A stretch of DNA of 64,000 nt from Pyrinomonadaceae bacterium (GTDB lineage: Bacteria; Acidobacteriota; Blastocatellia; Pyrinomonadales; Pyrinomonadaceae), in NCBI GenBank assembly GCA_965219305.1, contig OZ244725.1, forward strand, positions 2,003,706 through 2,067,705. Direction: 5' to 3'. The position numbers and the translations under genes were made by a program. Position 1 is the stretch's first letter. Each line of letters begins with the position of its first letter. Under the pieces are notes generated by a model, which was given only the letters and a program-made list of their open reading frames with translations, did not search any database and was not told the DNA's origin. Below are positions 1 to 9,072 of the stretch, piece after piece.

Positions 1-779
1 GGTTTCATTACAAAATCAATTCCGCCGTCGTTAGCATTTGTTCTGCCTGTTTTATAAAGTTTCAGATTTTCTTCATTCAACTTTTCAATCTCGAAACCCC
101 AAAAGATTTTTTTGTCGTGATAATAAAATTTAAGAATTGAATAACTGACAATCTCAAAAAGCCTCGCGTCAGAATTTGGGGCAAGTAAAGATAGAATGAA
201 TTTTTCTACATTTTCAGGTGAAGTGCTTTCGACGGTTTTGAGTTCTTCGCAAACCTGAATAAATTTTTGAAAAGAACCTTGCTTAGTTTTAATGTATTCG
301 TCAATTATTTCAATTACCGCCACAGAGATATTGAATTTGTTTTCTCCAACGGGAATTTTTAACAGATTCTCATTTATCCAATAACGATTCGTTTCTAAAT
401 TGCGAAGGATCGGAATAAATTCGAATGTTGGAAAAAACTTTTGAAATTCCGCATTCATTCGATTATTTAGTGCATGATTTTGTAATTTGCTTCCGAAAGG
501 CAATTTTCTTTGCCTTGTAAATAATTTTGAAAATTCCGCGCCTTCATATTTCGCATAACTTTCGTTTTCGATAAATCCGTTGCTAATATAATCTTCGACC
601 AAAACATAGATCGCATAAAGATTCGCAAAACTTCCACGCGCTTTTGAGCCCCTATCTGCCGACCTGGTTTTTAGATTCAAATATTGCAAAAGTTGACTGT
701 TTTCATAAACAGTACTTCCGTTTTCGCCAAAATGCGAGTTCAGGATTTCTTTAATTTTTTCGGTAAAGCTATGTTCCAT
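1..779 (-). CDS. putative type II restriction endonuclease, N-terminal 259 codons only (3' end lies beyond window start)
   Basis: Not in the ORF track because it runs off the window. My minus-strand translation from the ATG at 779-777 is open to position 1 (MEHSFTEKIKEILNSHFGEN...LYKTGRTNANDGGIDFVMKP). The ATG is 3 nt after the stop of the upstream methyltransferase. It has a DGGID nuclease-like motif. The R-M pairing is the main argument. Confidence 0.6.
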   Translation of the reverse strand, partial: MEHSFTEKIKEILNSHFGENGSTVYENSQLLQYLNLKTRSADRGSKARGSFANLYAIYVLVEDYISNGFIENESYAKYEGAEFSKLFTRQRKLPFGSKLQNHALNNRMNAEFQKFFPTFEFIPILRNLETNRYWINENLLKIPVGENKFNISVAVIEIIDEYIKTKQGSFQKFIQVCEELKTVESTSPENVEKFILSLLAPNSDARLFEIVSYSILKFYYHDKKIFWGFEIEKLNEENLKLYKTGRTNANDGGIDFVMK

Positions 780-782
780 TTC

Positions 783-1631
783 TTAAAATAATGTCGTTTG
801 TTCAGCAATAACTGTTTTCTCAAAAGTGCGAATAGGTTTTGCTAATTTTTCGCCATTAAATTCAGTTTCTAATTCCAATCTTCGCAAGCCGATTTTTACA
901 TACTCTTCTTGCAATTCGATTCCGATTGAACGGCGATTTAGTTGTTTGGCGACAAACGAAGTAGTAAATGTTCCGGCAAAAGCATCTAAAATCAGATCGT
1001 TTTCATTTGAACTTGCTTTAATTACTCTTTCTAAAAGCACAACCGGTTTTTGTGTTGGGTGATTTTCATATTCATCCATTCGGTAACGAACGCGCGGAAA
1101 CTCCCAAACATTACCCGGAACTTTTTCAGAATTATAAACTTGCGGCGGATTTTTTCTGTAATCAATTAACTTTCGTTTCGCGCCTGTTTTTGCTTCGACC
1201 AAAATATCTTCCGAATTAAATGTGTAGTTGTTTTTATCTTTTACGCAAAAAAGAATCGGTTCATATAAAGAGCCGAAATATTTTTTTGCCTGAACTCCTG
1301 AACTGTCGTAAAACCAAACAATACGAGATAATATTTCCAATTTGTCGCGTAAACGAATATCGAAATATGGCATAAATTGTGTCGAGGACATTACATAAAA
1401 ACTGCCGTTCGATTTTAGCTTTTTCAAACACAAATCTAACCATTTGTAACACCATTCGAGATAACTTTCATCATTTTTCCATTTATCTTTATGACCATTA
1501 AAATTTTTGCCGATATTATAAGGCGGATCAGCAAATATCAAATCAATTGAAGAGTCTTGAACTTGAGATTCAAGACATTCTAAAACATCTCCCAAAATGA
1601 TTTTATTTTTGTTGTTGCCAAATAATTCCAT
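783..1631 (-). CDS. site-specific DNA methyltransferase, beta-class (N6-adenine or N4-cytosine)
   Basis: 282-aa ORF. The catalytic DPPY motif (IFADPPYNIG) precedes the AdoMet-binding motif FAGTFTT, which is the beta-class order. An HPTQKP motif is present. It is tightly coupled to the downstream nuclease ORF. Confidence 0.9.
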   Translation of the reverse strand: MELFGNNKNKIILGDVLECLESQVQDSSIDLIFADPPYNIGKNFNGHKDKWKNDESYLEWCYKWLDLCLKKLKSNGSFYVMSSTQFMPYFDIRLRDKLEILSRIVWFYDSSGVQAKKYFGSLYEPILFCVKDKNNYTFNSEDILVEAKTGAKRKLIDYRKNPPQVYNSEKVPGNVWEFPRVRYRMDEYENHPTQKPVVLLERVIKASSNENDLILDAFAGTFTTSFVAKQLNRRSIGIELQEEYVKIGLRRLELETEFNGEKLAKPIRTFEKTVIAEQTTLF

Positions 1632-1689
1632 AAATTTTTCTATTTATTTTTACGCCTCCAAATTCGCATTCAAACGATTCAAAATCGCT

Positions 1690-2256
1690 TTACTTTCTAA
1701 AAACATCCTTCACAAAAAAACTCAAATCAGGCAAAAGCGGCGATGAAATTTCATCGCTATTTCTAAATTCTTCAACCGAAGCCAGAACATTTTCATGAAG
1801 GCGCGTGATTTCGATTACTTCGACAATCGGTTCGACGATCCAATATTCTTTCACACCGAAACGTGCGTAAGTCTGACGTTTAACAACTTGGTCGCGGCGC
1901 ACATTTTCCGAACCGGGCGACATAATCTCAATCGCCAGATCAGGCGCACCGACGATGTGAATTCCCGAAGCGATCTGCGAAATTCTTTCTTTGGCGATAA
2001 ATACGAGATCGGGAATCGCGCTGTTATATTCATCGAAAATCACACCCGGCGTAATCCAAATTTTCCCAACCGGATTTTCGTCAAGATAATTAGTTAAAAT
2101 CGTTGCAAATCTTGCAATAATTTCCTGATGTTTTAGCGATGGTGCTTTTGCCACAGAGAGTTCTCCTTCAAATAATTCGTAAATCTTGCCGTCGTCGGGC
2201 GTTGCTTCAAGATCATAAATTGAAATTAACGGGTCAATTATTTTTAGGTTTTGCAT
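1690..2256 (-). CDS. Uma2 family (DUF820) PD-(D/E)XK endonuclease
   Basis: 188 aa. Has the typical ...APDLAIEIMSPG...D...K...YARFGVKEYWIVEP signature. The start is 6 nt after the sufD stop. Confidence 0.85.
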   Translation of the reverse strand: MQNLKIIDPLISIYDLEATPDDGKIYELFEGELSVAKAPSLKHQEIIARFATILTNYLDENPVGKIWITPGVIFDEYNSAIPDLVFIAKERISQIASGIHIVGAPDLAIEIMSPGSENVRRDQVVKRQTYARFGVKEYWIVEPIVEVIEITRLHENVLASVEEFRNSDEISSPLLPDLSFFVKDVFRK

Positions 2257-2262
2257 AACTTT

Positions 2263-3567
2263 TTACGCCTCCAAATTTGCATTCAAACGATTCAAAACTG
2301 CTTCGTCCAACTGTTTTTTAATTGATTCGATCTCGATTTTATTGACAATTTCCTCGGCAAAACCGTAAGTCAAAAGATTTCGCGCCAAACTTTCGTTCAA
2401 ACCGCGTGAGAGAAGATAAAACAATTCTTCTTCTTCGAGCTGACCGACGGTCGCGCCGTGAGCGCATTTTACGTCGTCGTTGAAAATCTCCAATTGCGGT
2501 TTCGTGTCAACCCGCGCGTCGTTTGAAAGCAGTAGATTTTTGTTCGATTGATAACCGTCCGTGCCGCTCGCGTTTTCGCGGACGAAGATTTTGCCGTTAA
2601 AAACCGCGTGCGCGCTGCCGTCAACGATTCCTTTGTAAGTCTGATGCGAAACACAGTTCGGCAGAGCGTGGTCAATCAGCGAATGCGTGTCGTGATGCTG
2701 ATCTTCGCCGATCATATAAAGCCCGTCAACAAACGCTTCGCCGCTCTGCGCGTTGAATCGAAAATCAATATCGTGCCGCGACAATTTCGCTCCCAAATTG
2801 ATATTCGTCGCGTCATAAACCGAACCGCGCCCGATTTCCGTTCCGGTCGCGCCGATGTTAAACGCTGTGTGCGATTCGCGCTGAACTCTATAATGTTTAA
2901 CTTTCGCTTCGTCCGCGAGCGAAATTTCGACAATTGAATTGGTCAAATATTTCGTCTCTCCGGCGCGAATATAGCTTTCGATAAAAGTCGCTTCCGCGAA
3001 ATTTTCGGCGACGATCAAAACTCTCGGAAAAGAAACTTTCCCGTCGTCGGTAAAAAACAAAAGCTGAATCGGCGCGTCAATTTTGACGTTTTTCGGCAAA
3101 TAAATAAAAACGCCTTCACCAATAAACGCCGTATTCAAAGCCGCAAAACCGTTTTTCTCAAAACCGACCAAACTGCCCAATTTAGCTTTAAATATTTCGT
3201 CTTCCGCCGAATCCGAAAAACTTAAAATCGTCGCATCTTTCGCCGCTTCCAAATTAGATAATTCTTTATCAAACGCGCCGTTCGTGAAAACCAAAACGCT
3301 CTGTTTAGACTCATCTACGACAAACTGCGCGATATTTTCGCTCGAAAAATCCGCCGACGTTTCGCCGATTTGAAAATTTTCTTTTGCAATCGGCGCGACG
3401 TTCGTATATTTCCAATCCTCATTTTTCACGGTCGGAAAACCGTTTTCCGTGAAATAATCAAATGCCTTTCGACGCAAATCTTTCAACCATTCCGGCTGAT
3501 TCGCGTTTTCCAAACTCGTCTGAAAATCCTGTTTATAAATTGTTTCTTTTCCTGTTTGTAAATTCAT
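2263..3567 (-). CDS. sufD: Fe-S cluster assembly protein SufD
   Basis: 434 aa. The C-terminal beta-helix region has ...DTKPQLEIFNDDVKCAHGATVGQLEEEELFYLLSRGL..., typical of SufD. Confidence 0.9.
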   Translation of the reverse strand: MNLQTGKETIYKQDFQTSLENANQPEWLKDLRRKAFDYFTENGFPTVKNEDWKYTNVAPIAKENFQIGETSADFSSENIAQFVVDESKQSVLVFTNGAFDKELSNLEAAKDATILSFSDSAEDEIFKAKLGSLVGFEKNGFAALNTAFIGEGVFIYLPKNVKIDAPIQLLFFTDDGKVSFPRVLIVAENFAEATFIESYIRAGETKYLTNSIVEISLADEAKVKHYRVQRESHTAFNIGATGTEIGRGSVYDATNINLGAKLSRHDIDFRFNAQSGEAFVDGLYMIGEDQHHDTHSLIDHALPNCVSHQTYKGIVDGSAHAVFNGKIFVRENASGTDGYQSNKNLLLSNDARVDTKPQLEIFNDDVKCAHGATVGQLEEEELFYLLSRGLNESLARNLLTYGFAEEIVNKIEIESIKKQLDEAVLNRLNANLEA

Positions 3568-3746
3568 TTTTTAACTTTAGTTTTGCGTTTTTCTGCTATT
3601 AACGCCAATAATTTTTCGCCTTTATTTTTTTGTAAGTTTCCAGCTAAAAATTCTTTTATCTGATTCAATTCAGCAGGACGCAATCCCGGTCAGCAACCGC
3701 AAGAATGATATGTAAACCCATTCTGAAAAAGTATTTCAACTTTTTT

Positions 3747-3971
3747 TCATTGTTTTATCTCGCTCTGTTTCGGTGCTTTAAAATCAAAGCCCATATCAAA
3801 CATTTCACCTTTGCATTGCGGACAAACTCTGACTTCCAAAAAATCGGCACTTTCAATTGCTATTCCTTGTTGTTTATCAAGAAAATCTCTTGAATAACTT
3901 TCCTTAAAAGTTTTTCGACAATTAAAGCATGCAAAATGCGATTTATATACTTTGTTAACGTATCTACACAT
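3747..3971 (-). CDS. small zinc-ribbon protein (hypothetical)
   Basis: 74 aa with two CxxC pairs (CFNC ... CPQC). Lies between sufC and sufD on the same strand. Confidence 0.55.
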   Translation of the reverse strand: MCRYVNKVYKSHFACFNCRKTFKESYSRDFLDKQQGIAIESADFLEVRVCPQCKGEMFDMGFDFKAPKQSEIKQ

Positions 3972-4022
3972 TATTTTCCTTTTACTGTTTCCAAATTAAA
4001 ACTTTTTTGTTTCAAGCGTAAA

Positions 4023-4280
4023 TTATTTTTCGTCTTTTCCTTCGCTGGAAGATAATCTTCTTTCAAACTTCAACAACTCATTTTCAAAACGCAATGCTAA
4101 TTTTTCGCGCTCGTGGCGATCTTCGTCCTGTGTTCTTTTGATTTCATAAGCTAAACGTTCAATCACACGCGCCATTTCATCAATGTCGCGGCGCATTTGC
4201 TTGATGTCATCGCTGTTGCGCTGAGTCTCTTTGGCTAACGTAATCATCTGCGTCAGCCATTCGGTCAACTGTTTCCACAT
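4023..4280 (-). CDS. hypothetical coiled-coil micro-protein
   Basis: 85 aa, highly charged and helical (…RLAYEIKRTQDEDRHEREKLALRFENELLKFERRL…). The start is 2 nt after the stop of the preceding small ORF. Confidence 0.55.
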   Translation of the reverse strand: MWKQLTEWLTQMITLAKETQRNSDDIKQMRRDIDEMARVIERLAYEIKRTQDEDRHEREKLALRFENELLKFERRLSSSEGKDEK

Positions 4281-4281
4281 C

Positions 4282-4470
4282 TTAAAATTCCTTGATTTTC
4301 TCTTTGATATTGTGCAAAGTCTTCGACGTTTCCGACTTTAACCAATCAATTTCTTCGCGGTTTTGTGACAAATGTTGATTGATATTTTTTAACTCATCCA
4401 ATTTTTCCGAGAACATCTTTTGATAATCTTTAGGAATTTCTGTTGTGCTTTCCAGAATTGTTTCCGCCAT
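4282..4470 (-). CDS. hypothetical micro-protein (62 aa)
   Basis: I place the start at the internal Met (MAETILEST…, ATG 4470-4468). It is preceded by GAGGTG and lies 14 nt after the sufC stop. The longer ORF-track start would overlap sufC. Confidence 0.5.
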   Translation of the reverse strand: MAETILESTTEIPKDYQKMFSEKLDELKNINQHLSQNREEIDWLKSETSKTLHNIKEKIKEF

Positions 4471-4484
4471 AATTTTCACCTCAT

Positions 4485-5237
4485 TTATTTCGATGCCGCC
4501 TTCACCCAATCATAACCTTTTTCTTCGAGTTCGAGCGCGAGTTCTTTGCCGCCTTCTTTGACGATTTTTCCGCCCGCGAGAACGTGGACGAAATCCGGCG
4601 TGATGTAATTTAAAAGTCTTTGATAATGCGTGACGAGAATGATCGCGTTTTCCGAATTGCGTAATTTATTTACGCCTTCGGCGACGATTCTGAGCGCGTC
4701 AATATCGAGTCCCGAATCGGTTTCGTCCAAAACGGCGAGTTTCGGTTCGAGAACCGCCATCTGCAAAATCTCGTTGCGTTTCTTTTCGCCGCCCGAAAAA
4801 CCTTCGTTGACCGAACGCTTGAAAAACGATTTGTCCATCTCGACGACTTTCGCTTTTTCCGTCAAATAATCGTTAAATTCGAGCGGATCGAGTTCTTCTT
4901 CGCCGATGTGCTTCATTTTTTCGTTATAAGCGAGCCGCAAAAACTGCGAATTTGAAACGCCCGGAACTTCGACCGGATATTGAAACGCCAGAAAAACGCC
5001 TTCACGCGCACGTTCGTCCGCTTCGAGTTCGAGCAAATCTTTTCCTTCATAAAGCACTTCGCCGCTCGTAATTTCGTACGAAGGATGTCCGGCGAGAACT
5101 TTCGCCAGCGTAGATTTCCCCGAACCGTTCGGTCCCATAATCGCGTGAACTTCGCCTTTGTTAATCTGCAAATTCAAGCCTTTCAATATCTCTTTGCCGT
5201 CAATCGCGGCGTGTAAATCTTTAATTTCTAATAACAT
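4485..5237 (-). CDS. sufC: Fe-S cluster assembly ATPase SufC
   Basis: 250 aa. Has Walker [10 protein letters not shown], the ABC signature FSGGEKKR, and Walker [13 protein letters not shown]. Confidence 0.95.
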   Translation of the reverse strand: MLLEIKDLHAAIDGKEILKGLNLQINKGEVHAIMGPNGSGKSTLAKVLAGHPSYEITSGEVLYEGKDLLELEADERAREGVFLAFQYPVEVPGVSNSQFLRLAYNEKMKHIGEEELDPLEFNDYLTEKAKVVEMDKSFFKRSVNEGFSGGEKKRNEILQMAVLEPKLAVLDETDSGLDIDALRIVAEGVNKLRNSENAIILVTHYQRLLNYITPDFVHVLAGGKIVKEGGKELALELEEKGYDWVKAASK

Positions 5238-5366
5238 TTTAAATTACCTTTTATTCGTCTCTTCTAATTTCTCAATTTCTATAAAAATTTAATCTTGATT
5301 TTTTTTTCAAGTATATAACTATAATACATCCTGCGCTGTTTGTTTTCCAACACTTGCGGACAAAAT

Positions 5367-6038
5367 TTAATCTATTTTAATGATAAAATTCACGCCGAGC
5401 GCGTTTGTGTGTTTTATTCCCGATTGAAAATCCCGTCGGTAGAGATAATAGAAATCGGCTGCCACATTTTTGTTAAAACGTCTTCTAACTCCCGCAGACA
5501 GATCATTTCTGAAAAATTGTCCGTCTTGAATTTCAATCCACGGTTCGTTGAAAACAAACGGCGTGACAATCGTTTCACCGTCTTTTTTGATCGGCACATC
5601 CAAACGCGTCAAGTTTCGATAAAATGTCTTATCGTCGCGTCCTTTCAAACGTATGCGATGTTCAAAACGATTGCGGTTGGCGAGCGAAAAATTCTTGAAT
5701 TGCTTCGCCGGAGTTATGTCAAACAGCAAATGATGCTCGTAATTATCGGGAGCATTGCCCGGAATATTCTGCTTTCTGAAAATATACGATCCCTGCACCG
5801 TGATATTTTTCGTAAATCTATATCTGACACCGAATCCAACTCTTTTGTCCGAAAAATTGCTGATATTTCCGGTCAAACGCAGATCGGTTAAAATAATTCC
5901 CGAAAGCTTCTCATTATCGCGATCAAGCGGAATTTCGATGCTGTTCAAATTCCAAACCTGCGTATCAGTTCCTTCCTGTCCAAATGCAATGTTTGCCGAC
6001 AAAATAATCGCGCAAACCAAAATCAAAATCTTCTTCAT
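5367..6038 (-). CDS. DUF2490-like outer-membrane protein
   Basis: 223 aa. Has a signal peptide (MKKILILVCAIILSANIAFGQ), an alternating beta-strand pattern and an aromatic C-terminus. The family name is recalled from memory only. Confidence 0.55.
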   Translation of the reverse strand: MKKILILVCAIILSANIAFGQEGTDTQVWNLNSIEIPLDRDNEKLSGIILTDLRLTGNISNFSDKRVGFGVRYRFTKNITVQGSYIFRKQNIPGNAPDNYEHHLLFDITPAKQFKNFSLANRNRFEHRIRLKGRDDKTFYRNLTRLDVPIKKDGETIVTPFVFNEPWIEIQDGQFFRNDLSAGVRRRFNKNVAADFYYLYRRDFQSGIKHTNALGVNFIIKID

Positions 6039-6059
6039 CTCGTGCTTAAATATATTTAA

Positions 6060-6263
6060 TTATTTTACCTTTATAAATTTCTCTTTCGCTTTTGATAAAT
6101 CGTGTCCAGTTTGTACATAAAATTCGAGATAACCGCAATTGATACAAACATATATGTGCGGCGGATTAACTACAAATCTCTGCATTGGAAAAAGTCCCTG
6201 CTTTGTATGGCTGTCCATATAAACTTCTTCCGAATTACATTTCGGGCAAATTCCTTCTTTCAT
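6060..6263 (-). CDS. small zinc-ribbon protein (hypothetical)
   Basis: 67 aa with CPKC…CINC pairs. Confidence 0.5.
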   Translation of the reverse strand: MKEGICPKCNSEEVYMDSHTKQGLFPMQRFVVNPPHIYVCINCGYLEFYVQTGHDLSKAKEKFIKVK

Positions 6264-6387
6264 AATTTTTATTCCTAAACTTCAAAAAGCGTCTTTTTGA
6301 AAAGTGCGTCGAACAAATCCATCTGAATTTTTCTATTCGTTCGATTTGTTCAACGCATTTTTTAAGAAATTCAATTTCAAATCAAAA

Positions 6388-7086
6388 TTACTCAGCGTTA
6401 GCTGCATTTGCCTGACCGCTGGCATCGAGGTAGAAATGTTTGATCTCGCCGAACATCAATGTGTCTTCGAGAAATTCCACTTCGCCGGTTTCGACATCGT
6501 AGAGCGCACCGATCAATCCGATTTCTTTGTCTTCGATCATTTTTCGCAAGACGATACTTCTTTCGATTATAGCCTCGACGCTTCTTTTCGTCTGAATTTC
6601 CGTTACTTTTTGGACGAATTCCGTGTTGCTCGAATCGCGCTTTTCCTTGACGGTTTTTTCAAAATAGACCGACGGCTGAATTTTATTTAAAAGCGTCGTT
6701 AAATTTCCGAGTTCAACTCCGTCGCACGCGCCTTTGACCGCGCCGCATTTGGTGTGTCCCAAAACGACGATCATTTTCGATCCCGCAACTTTACAGGAAA
6801 ATTCCATACTTCCCAAAACATCGTCGTTGATCACACTTCCGGCAATTCTAATGCTGAAAATATCGCCCAAACCCTGATCGAAAACGAGTTCGTTGGAAAC
6901 GCGGCTGTCAATGCAGCCCAGAATTACGGCGAACGGAAATTGTCCGTCGCGCGTTTCGTTGACCTGTTGAAGCAAATTGCGGTTCGCGTCCAAGTTGTTG
7001 ACGAATCTGCGGTTGCCTTCTTTCAAAAATTGCAGAGCCTTTTCCGGTGTTGTTGTTGCTTGTGTTTCTTTATTATGTGCTTTCAT
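6388..7086 (-). CDS. beta-class carbonic anhydrase
   Basis: Has the zinc ligand motifs CIDSRV and HTKCGAV. I prefer the ATG at 7086, which is preceded by AAGGAGG. The longer track ORF starts at 7110. Overlaps the SulP 3' end. Confidence 0.9.
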   Translation of the reverse strand: MKAHNKETQATTTPEKALQFLKEGNRRFVNNLDANRNLLQQVNETRDGQFPFAVILGCIDSRVSNELVFDQGLGDIFSIRIAGSVINDDVLGSMEFSCKVAGSKMIVVLGHTKCGAVKGACDGVELGNLTTLLNKIQPSVYFEKTVKEKRDSSNTEFVQKVTEIQTKRSVEAIIERSIVLRKMIEDKEIGLIGALYDVETGEVEFLEDTLMFGEIKHFYLDASGQANAANAE

Positions 7087-8761
7087 TATATTTTGCCTCC
7101 TTTTTACCATTTACTAAATTGTCCAATAATTCTTCGTGCTTTCTTCTCGACACTTTCGCGTCCGTCTCATCGTCGGCGTAAGCAAACCGAAAAGTCAGCG
7201 TGTTATCAACTATATATTCGTCCTTAAATCCGACTAATTCGACGTTAATATTTCTTTCGACGGCTTTGATTTCCTGAAATTCTTTAATCAGTTCCAAAAC
7301 GTCGTAATCAATAAAAACCGAATCGGTCGCATCTATAATTACATTGCCGTTCTCCGGCAGATGTTCCAGCGTCAATTTGATTGCGGCTTTGTTCAAAAAT
7401 GAAACTTCCTGCGCCAGATTGATGTGAATGATTCCGCCTTTTTCCAATTCTTTTTGGCGGAAAAAATACGGACTTTTCAAGTTTTCTCTTAAAGTAAAGA
7501 AAATACTGATCGCCAGACCGATGCCGACACCGACGAGCAAATCCGTAAAAACAATTCCGAGAATCGTCGCCAAAAACGGAACGAACTGATAAAGACCGTT
7601 TTTCCACCATTTAACGAAAAGTGCCGGACGCGCCAGTTTGTAACCGACGAAAATCAAAATAACGGCGAGCGTGGCAAGCGGAATTTTATTCAGCAAAAAC
7701 GGAATCGCCAACACGCAGATCAAAAGCAAAATGCCGTGAAAAATCGCCGAAACTTTCGTCTTTCCGCCGGAATTTACGTTCGCCGACGAACGCACGATGA
7801 CCGAAGTCATCGGCAAACCGCCGAGAAAACCGCTGATTATATTTCCCACGCCCTGCGCTTTTAACTCACGATTTGTCGGCGAATAACGCCGCAGCGGATC
7901 GAGCCGGTCAACCGCTTCGAGACACAACAGCGTCTCGATCGAAGCGACCGCCGCAATCGTAACTCCGAGAACCCAAACGGCTGAATTCGCAAATCCCGCA
8001 AAATTCGGCAACACGATCAAGTTCGGAATGTCCGCAAAACTATTGACCGGCGGCAAACCGACGAGATGCGTCGGCTGAATCGCCAACGCCGGAAACGAAC
8101 GCATAAAAACTTCGTTCAAAATAACTCCGGCAACGACAGCGACGAGCGCACCCGGAACGGCTTTTAATTTTTTCAGGAACGGAATTTTCTCCCAACTCAA
8201 AAGAATTATGACCGCCGCGACTGCCACAAGAACTGCACCCGGCGTGATTGCCGCCAATGAATTCAGCAAATCCGAAAAAGTGTTGCTACCTTCGATTCCG
8301 AAAAACGATTGATCGCCTTCAAAATCCTTGTCAAAACCGACGGCGTGCGGAATCTGTTTTAAGATAATAATGATGCCGATGCCCGCCAGCAAACCTTCGA
8401 TCACATTTGACGGCAGATAATTGGCGATACTGCCCGCCTTTGCAAATCCGAGCGCGAGTTGAATCGCTCCCGCAATAATTACGGCGCACAGAAAGATGTC
8501 GAACGCGCCCAAATCTGTAATTCCGGCAAGCACAATCGCCGCCAAACCCGCTGCCGGACCGCTGACGCTGAGATGCGAACCGCTTAAAACTCCGACGACG
8601 ATGCCGCCGATAATTCCTGCGACAATCCCCGAAAACAGCGGCGCACCAGAAGCCAGCGCAATTCCCAGACACAGCGGCAGGGCGACGAAAAACACCACCA
8701 AACCGCTCGCCAGATCACCGCCAACGTTTGAAAACATATTTGTTTCCGATTGTTTACTCAC
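7073..8761 (-). CDS. SulP family inorganic anion (bicarbonate/sulfate) transporter with C-terminal STAS domain
   Basis: 562 aa with many TM helices and a STAS-like C-terminus. The known SulP-carbonic anhydrase gene pairing supports the call. The start is uncertain: GTG at 8761 or ATG at 8737. Confidence 0.9.
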   Translation of the reverse strand: MSKQSETNMFSNVGGDLASGLVVFFVALPLCLGIALASGAPLFSGIVAGIIGGIVVGVLSGSHLSVSGPAAGLAAIVLAGITDLGAFDIFLCAVIIAGAIQLALGFAKAGSIANYLPSNVIEGLLAGIGIIIILKQIPHAVGFDKDFEGDQSFFGIEGSNTFSDLLNSLAAITPGAVLVAVAAVIILLSWEKIPFLKKLKAVPGALVAVVAGVILNEVFMRSFPALAIQPTHLVGLPPVNSFADIPNLIVLPNFAGFANSAVWVLGVTIAAVASIETLLCLEAVDRLDPLRRYSPTNRELKAQGVGNIISGFLGGLPMTSVIVRSSANVNSGGKTKVSAIFHGILLLICVLAIPFLLNKIPLATLAVILIFVGYKLARPALFVKWWKNGLYQFVPFLATILGIVFTDLLVGVGIGLAISIFFTLRENLKSPYFFRQKELEKGGIIHINLAQEVSFLNKAAIKLTLEHLPENGNVIIDATDSVFIDYDVLELIKEFQEIKAVERNINVELVGFKDEYIVDNTLTFRFAYADDETDAKVSRRKHEELLDNLVNGKKEAKYNEST

Positions 8762-8820
8762 TTTAATAAAAGTCCTCCATATGAAATAATTTTGTAAAGA
8801 GTTTCACAAGATGACCCGCC

Positions 8821-8878
8821 AAATAAAAAAAGACCTTTCGCAGAAAATCGTCAATTTTGACAATATCTGCGAAAGGTC
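8821..8878 (-). terminator. intrinsic terminator-like hairpin in the leader upstream of SulP
   Basis: 13-bp perfect stem (gacctttcgcaga / tctgcgaaaggtc). On the minus strand it is followed by TTTTTTTATTT. It lies about 60 nt upstream of the SulP start and about 190 nt downstream of the phzF-like stop. Confidence 0.6.
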
Positions 8879-9072
8879 TCGAAACTTTTTTGTTAAGCCG
8901 GATTGCTCAAAAGGCAATCGTAATGACGAACTCAACAAACCTCGCGGGTGATCTACTCCCCTTTCACTATTATTAAAATAACAAATTTTCCACTCGTTGG
9001 CGAAACCGGAAAACTGAATTTTCAAAGAACCATTGTAAAATTTTTGTTAAATTTCAAAAGAAACTATAAATC

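Noticed and set aside
3564-3749. Selenocysteine or genetic-code reassignment (TGA as sense) to explain in-frame TGAs here and at 50153-50155
   Set aside because: All large conserved genes in the window are intact under the standard code, and TGA terminates well-defined genes (for example the phzF-like, feoB and TGase-like genes). I could not see a convincing SECIS-like hairpin immediately 3' of either TGA, and no sel genes are in the window. Leaky read-through or gene decay remain possible and are reported as findings.
8804-9025. 73-aa ORF in the SulP leader
   Set aside because: It has no SD sequence and an odd composition. It spans the terminator hairpin, so the region is better explained as non-coding leader.
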